Of a stretch of 64,000 nucleotides of DNA, positions 49,750 to 58,602 are shown one piece after another. Location of the stretch: positions 1,376,001 to 1,440,000 of the forward strand of contig OY762209.1 in the NCBI GenBank assembly GCA_963665295.1, written 5' to 3'. Numbering within the stretch: position 1 is the first letter of the stretch; each line of letters begins with the position of its first letter. The DNA comes from Syntrophorhabdaceae bacterium (GTDB lineage Bacteria > Desulfobacterota > Syntrophorhabdia > Syntrophorhabdales > Syntrophorhabdaceae). The translations under genes were made by a program, and so were the position numbers. The notes under the pieces were generated by a model. The model worked only from the letters and a program-made list of their open reading frames with translations, made no database searches and was not told the DNA's origin.

Positions 49750-50178
49750 ACGATCGGTAGAAACCTCGAACTGGACCGAGATGGCGTAACCAAGAGCGGC
49801 GAATTGGACGTTGATAAGAAGACTTTTGAAATCCATGCCAATGCGTGGCGTGGGGAAGTAACCGCGGGTGAAGCGTTGGGTGCGGCAGGCGAGTCGCTTG
49901 CCGCTGATCTGGCTGCCGGCGATACTACGAAAGCCAACCATACGTTCTACGACATTATCACGCACAGGGGATGTGAGTATAACGGCACGTGGGACGACAT
50001 CAGCACCTGGCCCGGCGCAATCAGCCACTTTGTTCTTAATGATTTTGTGTTGGGTACGTTGTTCTTGCCCGTCGCGTTGGTGGAGTCGGTGGCGGTCAAC
50101 GTCTATTCAACTGTATCGAGTTGGTTCCCGGCCGGCTATGGCGGCGGAGGCGGCAGCGAAGAGATTATCCTGGAATAA
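49750..50178 (+). pseudogene. In-frame continuation of the Rhs toxin tip beyond a TAG (nonsense mutation or read-through)
   Basis: Same frame as 44224 and stop-free from 49750 to TAA at 50176-50178. Contains HAN and HTFYDIITH motifs. Confidence 0.75.
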
Positions 50179-50230
50179 GATAGGCCAGTAAAGCTGTTCA
50201 TATGAAAGGCAAGGGAAAGGAGGCGTATGG

Positions 50231-50869
50231 ATGACAGGTAAGGTATCTCTTCTCGTAACTTTTTGGATGTTCATGCTTGTATGTCCGGTCTGCAGTGAGG
50301 ACACTCCTCCCACCTGGATACCTTCTCCGGAGATAAAAGCCGCGGCTCCGTGGGCGACGCTACCCGATGAAGTGTATCTGGGTGGTGCTATGGTGGCAGG
50401 CGCCTTGGGGAGAATCCTCCTCATCAGGAAGGGCTCGGAGTTCTGCGCCCTGAAGTTTACGAATACCTGGCTTGGCAGAAGGCCGGGCGAGCATTATACC
50501 TCATACGAATATTACTACCAGGGTGACGGAAGCGGTGAATTTTCAAAGGAGAACGTGAAATCCGGCAAAGGGGAATTCTTCTATCCGGGAAGGACGGTCT
50601 ATCTTGGTCACCCGAGTTACCTGCCGGGCCGCGTAGACACCATCCGATTCGGGAAGATAAAGATAGAATGGACCTATACCACGGTGGTCCGCTTTCGAGG
50701 AAACGAAGTGGCTCCGACGCCGTGGACCTCCATCACAGAGGTCAATCTCAAAGACCCGAGGATAAGATGGTACCGTAAGGACAGAGGCAGGGAGCGGACC
50801 ACGATGCATATCGATCAGCTCTGGCCCCGGACACCCGGAGACATGGAGGAAGAGACAGCAAAAGAGTAA
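50231..50869 (+). CDS. Exported putative immunity protein for the Rhs toxin
   Basis: RBS aaggagg, signal peptide, positioned right after the toxin tip. Confidence 0.6.
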   Translation: MTGKVSLLVTFWMFMLVCPVCSEDTPPTWIPSPEIKAAAPWATLPDEVYLGGAMVAGALGRILLIRKGSEFCALKFTNTWLGRRPGEHYTSYEYYYQGDGSGEFSKENVKSGKGEFFYPGRTVYLGHPSYLPGRVDTIRFGKIKIEWTYTTVVRFRGNEVAPTPWTSITEVNLKDPRIRWYRKDRGRERTTMHIDQLWPRTPGDMEEETAKE

Positions 50870-50879
50870 AGCAACCACG

Positions 50880-51200
50880 CCAAAGGAACTTCGGGATCAG
50901 CCGGTATCCTTTGATCTTCTTCCAGGTCTTTCTCGTCTCCGGCACGAGCTTAAAGACCATGGTGAGGGTGGAGAGCCTGGCGCCGCAGCCTTTGGTCTTC
51001 TCCGTCCTCAGTCTCACTGTCGCAAAGGTTGATTCAATAGGATTGGTAGTCCTTATGGCTGCCTGCAGGAGACGTCGTGCGCCTTCCCGTGCGATCTTCT
51101 CCAACAGACTGCCTGTGCTCTCCTCTTCTGCTTGTTTTTTCTGTCAATGGGTTCATCATTCTTCATGGGCGTATCCTTCCTCCCCTGCTGATTACAGGGG
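50880..51200 (-). mobile_element. Internally deleted IS256-family remnant (boundaries approximate)
   Basis: N-terminal LEKIAREGARRLLQAA fused directly to the C-terminal RTTNPIESTFATVRLRT..TKGC...MVFKL of IS256 transposases. Confidence 0.75.
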
Positions 51201-51250
51201 CAAAGCGGATCGCCGTTTCCGGCATCACGTTGCTCCATGGTCCGTGGCCA

Positions 51251-51568
51251 CTAATGTGGATGTAGTTCGCTATTTGCCTTCGCTTTACCATGGCGCTCGG
51301 GGATTTTCTTCAACGCGTCCCCGATTTCACTTGCCGCCCGCCTCAGTTCGTAATCCTTCTGCAGGTTCATCCAGATGTCCGGCCCGGTCCCGAACCATTT
51401 GCCGAGACGCAACGCTGTATCCCCGGAAATTCCACGCTTCCCGGCGATAATCTGGGTCAGCCGGTTTGTGGGCACGCCCAATTCCTTCGCGAGTTCGTTT
51501 GCGCTCATGCCGAGGGCCTGCAACTCGTCGGCCAAGTGTTCCCCAGGGTGTATAAGAATTCGTCCCAT
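51251..51568 (-). CDS. higA: HigA antitoxin (HTH-XRE)
   Basis: IHPGE.L...L..LGMS...LA..LGV..NR...I..GKR.I..DTALRL...FGT....WMNLQ..Y motif. Confidence 0.93.
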   Translation of the reverse strand: MGRILIHPGEHLADELQALGMSANELAKELGVPTNRLTQIIAGKRGISGDTALRLGKWFGTGPDIWMNLQKDYELRRAASEIGDALKKIPERHGKAKANSELHPH

Positions 51569-51577
51569 GGTGTCCTC

Positions 51578-51859
51578 CTAATGGTAATCTACTATTTCCA
51601 CGTTAAGCGGTCCCGGCGAACCCTCAGGCCATTCAAAACAAATCCGCCACTGATCGTTGATCCGGATGCTGTACTGGCCTTTCCGGTCACCCTTAAGCCC
51701 TTCGAGCCGGTTCCCCGGCGTATTCAGCGCCATAAGCCGATCCGCCGCATGGAGTCGGTCGAGCCGCAGCATCGCTTGCCGCTCAAACCCCTGAAACGCC
51801 TTTACGTGCTCGCCTTCGAAGAACAGTGCCGTGCGCTTATCGCGAAAACCTATAATCAT
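51578..51859 (-). CDS. higB: HigB toxin (RelE/ParE family)
   Basis: MI..FRDK.T, PGNRLE.LKGDRKGQYSIRINDQWRICF.W and VEIVDYH motifs. Confidence 0.93.
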   Translation of the reverse strand: MIIGFRDKRTALFFEGEHVKAFQGFERQAMLRLDRLHAADRLMALNTPGNRLEGLKGDRKGQYSIRINDQWRICFEWPEGSPGPLNVEIVDYH

Positions 51860-51866
51860 CTCTATT

Positions 51867-51902
51867 ATTCTACCACCTTGTACGGTGTACGTCAATCGTA
51901 CA
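51867..51902 (-). promoter_or_regulatory. higBA promoter with overlapping operator
   Basis: TTGACG-17 bp-TAGAAT on the minus strand. Inverted repeat tgtacg-tcaat-cgtaca overlaps the -35 box. Confidence 0.7.
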
Positions 51903-52216
51903 AACGACACTTTCTCTCCGGATCATGGCGTTCCGTTGTCCTCATAACATTATGCCTTCATGCCTTATGCGATGCTGTGAGAGTTCGGTTTTGCGGGAGG
52001 CACGGCCCGGACACACTCATATTCCCTGTACGGATTCCCGTCACCCGGAACATATACGCACACCGTCAAATTTTCCGTGGCGGCGGACAGTTGGAAGAAC
52101 GCATGGAACATACCGCAGAAGACATCGTCCATAAACGTGAAAGTAAAGGTAACCAGCGCGCCCAGCGGCATTTTGGACGCGACCCTCGACAGCTTCGAGG
52201 CTGAACCCGATTAGGA

Positions 52217-52271
52217 GCAAGAGAACCCCCGGGGTTCCATGTCGTGGCGAAAACCCCGGGGGTTCTCTTGC
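52217..52271. terminator. Perfect 20-bp-stem hairpin downstream of the protease gene
   Basis: gcaagagaacccccggggtt-15 nt-aaccccgggggttctcttgc. Confidence 0.6.
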
Positions 52272-52306
52272 AGATCATTGGACATCCGTGCGCAAGGCCT
52301 CGCCCG

Positions 52307-54148
52307 TTACTTGCCTGTCCCCCGAAGGTTTACCGTAGCGAGGGGCTGCTTATGAGGGTCATTCGACACTATGTCGAGGCGGGCCTTCCTCGCCTTTTTA
52401 CCTCCCGGCGTAAAGGTTATGAGGAGGGTGCACGGGCTCCCGGCGGGGATGACGGAGCAACTTCCCTCCACCGCGAAGTCCGACGCATCCGGCCCTCCCG
52501 GCGTGATCGATGCGACCGTGAGGTCGCTTACTCCTTTATTCCGTATCACGAGGGGCTTCGGGTCGGAAGCATCGCCGGTCCTCAGGGACCCGAAATTGAG
52601 ACTGGCGGGCACGCTCATTCGGGGCTCCCCTGCGGTCCCTGAAAGAGACACGAGGAGCGTCTCTTTCCCGGGGTCGTTCGACCTTATGCTCATAAGGGCC
52701 GACTTCCGGCCATAGAGCGGTGTCGCTCCGGGAGAGGCGGTAAGACTCACCTTGACGGCGCATGTGGCCCCGGCCCCCACCGGCTGGGTGCAAAGGTTGA
52801 GGAAGGAGAACTCCGGGGCGTTAACGCCCGTAAGCTCGATGGCCTCCACCACCATGTCGGCGGCCCCTTCCTTCGCCGTGTTGCCGATTGTCACGGATTT
52901 CTCCGACGATTGTCCCACCTTTACGGGCCCGAAGCCGAGGGAGCCCGGGGTCACCTTAGCCTTCGGAGGCTGCGTGAACGCCGCGGTGACGGTTACATCG
53001 CCCGTCATGGTCACGGTGCACGTGTTCCCCGACACGGAGCCGCACCCTTGCCACCCGGCGAAGAACGCTCCCTTTGGCGCGGACGCGGTGATGGTCACTA
53101 CCGAATCCTTCGGATATGAGCCCCAGCACGGCTCCTGGTCGCAGTCGAGGCCCTCCGCGGCGACCGTGCCTTTGGCCTTGAGGTTCCCCGTCCTGGCGAC
53201 GGTGAGGAGAGGGGTAGCGCTTGACGAGGCCGCATAGGCGAGGGTCCAGTATCCGAACTCGGACCCTCCTCTATTCACGCTCTTTATCTGGGAATAGGCG
53301 ATCCTGAAGAATCCGGCTTCCCCCCAGTCGGTGCCCCAACTGTTCTTGGCCGTAAAATACCCGCCATCATCGTTGTATCCCACAATCAACACCGCATGGA
53401 AGCCCGAGCAGTGCTTGCTCACCCGCGAATAGATGCCGCCTGTATAATAATACAGATCGTCGTATACATAAAGGGTGGTCGCAAGGGGGCCGTGGGTCAC
53501 GAGGGCGGCCTTAAGGACGTCGAGTTTGGGCGACATGACCGTAACGTAACTCCAGCGCCGGATCTTGTATGAGGTATCCATCCAGTTGGGACATGCCCCG
53601 GAGCACTCACCGTCCGTCGCTGTATAGGGGTAGCATGATTCGAGGGGCAAACCGTTGCGGCGTATGAAGTCCGCCGCGTCCATGGTGTAGCCGGCGAAGC
53701 AATTACCTGTTTTGCTGCATGAGACGAGGACCTGCTCGGCCAGGTCGAGATCGACCCCCGGCGTGCCCCGGACGATGAGGGTCACTGATTCGGCGGTGGC
53801 GGTGGCGGCAAAGGCCCAGCAACTCCCGCACGCGCCCTGGTCCCGGACGGGGGTGATGTAGTTTCCGCCCCGGTCCCGCCAGTCCACGCTCGAAGGGAGG
53901 ACGAGTCCCGCCGGGACGTCAAGGACCGGGATCCGGGCTTCCTCTTCCGCGGTGAGGGTGGGCCTGATGAGGCCGAGGCGCATGCGCCTCTCCTCGGGCG
54001 TAAGGCGCGTCATGGACGTTTCCCCCGCGGTCCAGGCTGCGCCCCTCGCCTCGATGGCGGCCCGGATTTCTCCAATCTCTTCCGCCGAGGAAAAGGAGAA
54101 CAGGAAAATGCTCAACAGGACCGATCCCAGAATAGCGTATATCTTCAT
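52307..54148 (-). CDS. Secreted papain-like (C1A) cysteine peptidase + bacterial-repeat + two choice-of-anchor-D domains
   Basis: LPSSVDWR, DQGACGSCWAF, HAVLIVGY and KNSWGTDWGEAGFFRI. C-terminal L.FG...SNDP domains. Confidence 0.92.
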   Translation of the reverse strand: MKIYAILGSVLLSIFLFSFSSAEEIGEIRAAIEARGAAWTAGETSMTRLTPEERRMRLGLIRPTLTAEEEARIPVLDVPAGLVLPSSVDWRDRGGNYITPVRDQGACGSCWAFAATATAESVTLIVRGTPGVDLDLAEQVLVSCSKTGNCFAGYTMDAADFIRRNGLPLESCYPYTATDGECSGACPNWMDTSYKIRRWSYVTVMSPKLDVLKAALVTHGPLATTLYVYDDLYYYTGGIYSRVSKHCSGFHAVLIVGYNDDGGYFTAKNSWGTDWGEAGFFRIAYSQIKSVNRGGSEFGYWTLAYAASSSATPLLTVARTGNLKAKGTVAAEGLDCDQEPCWGSYPKDSVVTITASAPKGAFFAGWQGCGSVSGNTCTVTMTGDVTVTAAFTQPPKAKVTPGSLGFGPVKVGQSSEKSVTIGNTAKEGAADMVVEAIELTGVNAPEFSFLNLCTQPVGAGATCAVKVSLTASPGATPLYGRKSALMSIRSNDPGKETLLVSLSGTAGEPRMSVPASLNFGSLRTGDASDPKPLVIRNKGVSDLTVASITPGGPDASDFAVEGSCSVIPAGSPCTLLITFTPGGKKARKARLDIVSNDPHKQPLATVNLRGTGK

Positions 54149-54462
54149 CGAATTATGCCCCCTTCGTTACCGGTCCCTGAAGTCCGCCATGGGCCGGGAC
54201 CGCTACGGAATTATACAACGGAAAGAGATGATTGCTTCGAAAATAATCTCACCCTTGCGCGAAAATTGAAGAGGGGCACACCATTCTTCGTCGCATAATC
54301 CAGGCGGCTGTTGAGTTTCCGGCGGCAGCCCGTTGGAGGGTGTCCCCGGGGTTTTCAAAGGTGCGTTTTTGGGTTGACATATTTCGGGTTGAGTTTTATT
54401 GTTGTATACAGGGCCTTTGTGAAAATGGCTCAAATAAAACAACAAAAGGAGGGGAAAGGATA

Positions 54463-54804
54463 ATGAAAAAGGCATTTCTGGTGGGATTGGTTGTTTTGTT
54501 TTGCGGCATGGGCCTTATAGGCATGGCATTTGCGCAGGGCGCCGACACCGCCCAGGTTGCGCAGGCTATTGCGAAGGGCAAAGCGGGTAATTTCAAAGGA
54601 GAAGTAGTGAAGACCGATCCCGCGGCCAAGACCATTACGGTCAAGATGGCCAAGGGCGGGGAAAAAGTGGGAGACACCACGTATGCAAGCTTCAATGGCG
54701 CGTTCAACGCCGCCCAGGATCTGAAACCGGGCGACAAGATCGCCGGTCACTGGTCGGAAGTCAAGGGAAAGATATATGTCACCTATATTGTGAAGTTGAA
54801 CTGA
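54463..54804 (+). CDS. Small secreted OB-fold-like protein
   Basis: RBS aaggagggg, signal peptide ending AFA, G.VV..D..AKTITVK...DLKPGDKI pattern. Confidence 0.7.
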   Translation: MKKAFLVGLVVLFCGMGLIGMAFAQGADTAQVAQAIAKGKAGNFKGEVVKTDPAAKTITVKMAKGGEKVGDTTYASFNGAFNAAQDLKPGDKIAGHWSEVKGKIYVTYIVKLN

Positions 54805-54827
54805 TACCGCAGGTTTGCGATGTGCCG

Positions 54828-54859
54828 CGAGGGGCGTCCGTGCTCACGGACGCCCCTCG
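54828..54859. terminator. Bidirectional terminator between convergent genes
   Basis: cgaggggcgtccgtg-ct-cacggacgcccctcg. Confidence 0.65.
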
Positions 54860-54873
54860 TAACGTACAATGCG

Positions 54874-55311
54874 TCACAGACCCAGGGAAGTTATCTGATA
54901 TTTAAAGGCAAAGCCTGCTTCCCGGGCCTTCTTTTCTATGGCGGCGCGTATGGTCTTATAGTCGAAGGTATAGCTGTAATGCTTCCCGAAGAGGCTCGAC
55001 TGTTCCTCTATGACGCCTTCCCTTCCCCCGGCGCCGGTTTTGTAGGTTTCCTTCTTGAATCCGAAACCGGGACTGCTGTCGAAATCGCCCCCTCCGGACA
55101 GGCCCGAACCCGACTCCTTGAGCATCTCCGTGAAACGCACCTCCCCTTTGTCCTCGTCTATCCGGTATTTTGCCGTATAGACAAGCTTCCTCTTCGACAG
55201 GAAGGACTTTCGTTCCGCTACCACATATTCCACGGTGATCAATCCTTTCTTTTCCGAAAACTCCGCGGGGAGACTGGAGAAGACCCCTTTTATCTCTTCG
55301 TGCAGAGCCAT
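54874..55311 (-). CDS. Hypothetical protein
   Basis: RBS aaggaggg, host-like codon usage, 13 nt after the kinase gene. Confidence 0.7.
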   Translation of the reverse strand: MALHEEIKGVFSSLPAEFSEKKGLITVEYVVAERKSFLSKRKLVYTAKYRIDEDKGEVRFTEMLKESGSGLSGGGDFDSSPGFGFKKETYKTGAGGREGVIEEQSSLFGKHYSYTFDYKTIRAAIEKKAREAGFAFKYQITSLGL

Positions 55312-55324
55312 GTGATCCCTCCTT

Positions 55325-58300
55325 TTATGGATTCCGCGCCTTATCTTCCACGTCCAGCGCCCGCCGGATCGCGGCGGCCAGTTCCTGCTTGGTAAGGGGT
55401 TTCATGAGGCATTCCCGGATGCCTGCTTTCCTTGCCATATCCGACGACACCGTTTCGCTGTGTCCGGTGCAAAGTATGATGGGCATACCGGGCCTGATTC
55501 TGAGGAGTTCCCTGGAGAGGTGTATCCCGGTCATGGACAGCATAGTCTGATCCGTAACGACAAGGTCGAAGCCGTAAGGATCGGAAGAAAAGGTTCTCAG
55601 GGCTTCGAGCCCGTCCGTAGTGGCGGTCACGTCATAGCCGAGCCTTTTGAGGACGGCCCGACTCCATTCCACGAGCATGGCTTCGTCATCGACAAAGAGA
55701 ATCTTCTCCTTGCCGCCGGGAGCCTGGGTTGTGCCTGCGCCTTCGTTCTCAAGCCCCGTTTCCACCTTGGGGAGGAGTACCCGGAACGTGGAGCCCATCC
55801 CCGGCGCACTTTCCACGATGACGGCGCCCTGGAGGTCCTTCACGATCCCATAGACGACCGCGAGGCCCATGCCGGTGCCTTTGCCCACTTCCCGTGTAGT
55901 GAAGAAGGGCTCGAAGACCCGTTTCATCACCTCGGAATTCATACCCGTGCCTGTATCCTTCACAGCGAGCTGCAGGTATTCTCCGGGCAGCACATCCGGC
56001 CCCACCACGGGAGAGTCCGGTGCGAAGTCGACATCCGTAAGGCTCACCTCCAGCGTTCCCCCTTTGTCCTGCATGGCATGGGAGGCATTGGTGGCGAGGT
56101 TCATGAGTATCTGCTGCACCTCCACCGGGGAGGCGAGGACCGTATCCGCGGCTGCGGTAACATGGAGTGTGATCTCGATCGTGGCAGGAATGGAGGCCCG
56201 AAGAAGCTGGACCGTCTCTTCGATAAGCGGGGTGAGGGAGAGATGAATCCTCTCATGGCTGGTCTTCCTGCTGAAGGCGAGGATCTGCTTCACGAGGTCC
56301 CGCGCCCTCATGGCGGATTTGAGGACGTTCTGGAGGCTCCTGCCCAGCTCCGGGCGATCCGAAGCGTCTTCAATCGCCATCTCGGTGAAACCCAGGATGG
56401 CGGCGAGGATGTTGTTGAAGTCATGGGCGATGCCTCCCGCGAGGGTGCCGATGGCCTCCATCTTCTGGGACTGGCGGAGTTGCTCTTCCGTCCGCCGGCG
56501 TTCATCCATCTCACACTGAAGGGCAACGTAGGCCTGGTCAAGTTCGGCGGTGCGCTCCCTGACGCGAAGTTCAAGGGAATCGTAGGCCCTTTGAAGCGCC
56601 ACCTGGTCCCGTGTATGTTCAATAATATCGGCAGCCTGACGGGCGAGCAGGTCGAGACGCCACAGGTCATGCTCGTCGGGCACGTGGGGAGAACTCCACT
56701 GGGTGGTGAGGATACCCAGTAGCTCACCTTTGCGGCTCATGAGCGGCGTGGATTGGACGGCTCTCACGCCCGCGTTGCGGAGGATCGGGAGTGACTGCGT
56801 TCCCGCGAAGAGGGGACTCGCCTCCACGTCCTCCACCACCACGCGCCTGCCGCGCCTCGTCGCCTCCCCGCATACGGAAGCCACATTCTCGGCGGAAGCA
56901 AAGAAATCGAGGAAGGGGCCTTCGTGACCGTGATGGGCAACGATGTCCAGGGCATCCTCTCGCGCCAGTTGCAGGGTGCCTTTTTCCGCCCCCGCAATAG
57001 CGACGGCCGCTTCCATGATCTCCTGCAGCACCGGTTCGAGCCGTCCTGTCTCAAGGACCGTGGTGCTCAGGGCGTGCATGAGGGTGAGGGTGTTCAGGTT
57101 CGACGCGAGACGGTTCTCGGCGCGCCTGCGTTCGGTGATGTCCTGTATCAGGGCCACGAAGTGATCGGCGAACCCATGGCCGTTACGGACACACTTCACG
57201 GAAATCGTGGTGTCGATGATCTCGCCGTCTTTCCGGACGAACCGCTTATCCATGGAATAGCCGTCGATCTCCCCCGCAAGTACCCTGTTGAAACAGGCCG
57301 TATCGGCGGCCAGATCATCGACATGGGTTATCTCCGCCCACGTCATCCGCAGGAGTTCCTCCTTTCCGTATCCCAGGATTTCACAGACCTTCTCATTGGC
57401 ATCGATGAGCCCTTTGTCCGGGGACGCGATCGCCATACCCACGAGTCCGAGCTCGAAGTAGCTCCGGAGCTGCTCCTCGCTTGCCCGCAGGGCTTCCTCC
57501 GCTTTCTTGAGGGAGGTTATATCCGATCCGGCGGTGAGGGAGCCCCGGACCCGGCCGTCGGCGCTGAAGAGGGGCACCGCGCCTATGACGAGGGCTACCG
57601 TGCGTCCATCGGGGAAGGCGAGTTCCATCATTTCGGGCGGCACCGGTCTGCCCGCCGCCGCCGTCTGGGCGGGCAGCTCGTGGGGCGTCATCTCCTCGCC
57701 GTCCTTGATCATCCTGTAAGCGACGGCCCCTTCGCCGGGCGCTGCGGTGAGAGAGATGTTCGCTCCCCGGGGTGCTTTCATGATCTCATCGGCGTAGCGG
57801 TTTCCCGTGATCTTCAGACACTGCGGGTCGTGGGCGATCCAAATGGCCACGGGCGCCAACTCCAGCACGGTCCGGAGTTCCTCCGCAACCTGTTCCGCCT
57901 CTGCCCGGGCCCGCGCAAGAGCCTCCTCGCCATGCTTGCGGTCCGTGATATCCACCAGGACATGGACCGCGCCGCGAGGGTCGCCCTTCTCGTCGAGAAG
58001 GGGCGTGCCGTAGCCCAGCAGGTGGCGGGTCGTGTCATCATCGAAGACAAGGCTGAACTCGAAGTCCCGCACGTGCTCGCCCGAGGCGGCCCGCTGGGCG
58101 GGCAGTTCATCGAGCCTCAACTCGCGGCCGTCCTTCATCGCCCTGAAATGACGAGGTTTTTGCGCGGGGGGTGCCGACAGGGATACTTCGGCGCCGTGTT
58201 CCTGCCTCAGCAGTTCGTCCGACGCGCGGTTGCCCGTCATGTGGGTGCCTTCCCGGTCGTGGACGATGACGACGGGCGTGGGCACGGCTTCGAGCACGAT

Positions 58301-58462
58301 GGCGAGTTCCTTCGCCCGTTCCCGTTCCCGGCGCTCGCTCTCGCGCAGCGCCTCCTCCGCCTCCTTGCGGGCTGATTCCGATTGCTCCAAATCCCGAATT
58401 CTTCGCCTTAACAGGGATATCTCTTCCATGAGTTCCGGATTCGTCTTAGGGGGGTTTTTCAT
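55325..58462 (-). CDS. Hybrid sensor histidine kinase (PAS x3, GAF, HisKA, HATPase, REC)
   Basis: QKMEAIGTLAGGIAHDFNN, MNLATNA, FEPFFTT...GKGTGMGL, LFVDDE...TDQTM...KP. Confidence 0.93.
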   Translation of the reverse strand: MKNPPKTNPELMEEISLLRRRIRDLEQSESARKEAEEALRESERRERERAKELAIVLEAVPTPVVIVHDREGTHMTGNRASDELLRQEHGAEVSLSAPPAQKPRHFRAMKDGRELRLDELPAQRAASGEHVRDFEFSLVFDDDTTRHLLGYGTPLLDEKGDPRGAVHVLVDITDRKHGEEALARARAEAEQVAEELRTVLELAPVAIWIAHDPQCLKITGNRYADEIMKAPRGANISLTAAPGEGAVAYRMIKDGEEMTPHELPAQTAAAGRPVPPEMMELAFPDGRTVALVIGAVPLFSADGRVRGSLTAGSDITSLKKAEEALRASEEQLRSYFELGLVGMAIASPDKGLIDANEKVCEILGYGKEELLRMTWAEITHVDDLAADTACFNRVLAGEIDGYSMDKRFVRKDGEIIDTTISVKCVRNGHGFADHFVALIQDITERRRAENRLASNLNTLTLMHALSTTVLETGRLEPVLQEIMEAAVAIAGAEKGTLQLAREDALDIVAHHGHEGPFLDFFASAENVASVCGEATRRGRRVVVEDVEASPLFAGTQSLPILRNAGVRAVQSTPLMSRKGELLGILTTQWSSPHVPDEHDLWRLDLLARQAADIIEHTRDQVALQRAYDSLELRVRERTAELDQAYVALQCEMDERRRTEEQLRQSQKMEAIGTLAGGIAHDFNNILAAILGFTEMAIEDASDRPELGRSLQNVLKSAMRARDLVKQILAFSRKTSHERIHLSLTPLIEETVQLLRASIPATIEITLHVTAAADTVLASPVEVQQILMNLATNASHAMQDKGGTLEVSLTDVDFAPDSPVVGPDVLPGEYLQLAVKDTGTGMNSEVMKRVFEPFFTTREVGKGTGMGLAVVYGIVKDLQGAVIVESAPGMGSTFRVLLPKVETGLENEGAGTTQAPGGKEKILFVDDEAMLVEWSRAVLKRLGYDVTATTDGLEALRTFSSDPYGFDLVVTDQTMLSMTGIHLSRELLRIRPGMPIILCTGHSETVSSDMARKAGIRECLMKPLTKQELAAAIRRALDVEDKARNP

Positions 58463-58602
58463 GAGGCCTTCCTATGAGTGTGCGTTGGGCCGACAGAATA
58501 GTCCAACATAAGAAGATTATATGCAGATCGGCCCACATGTCAAGGCGATATCCCGGAAACCCGGGCCGGGGAGGGAAGGAAGCGTCCCGGCGGATGTCCC
58601 TA

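Noticed and set aside
51965..52171. 68-aa ORF between higB and the protease terminator
   Set aside because: No clear RBS or motif. It may be a gene fragment but cannot be supported.
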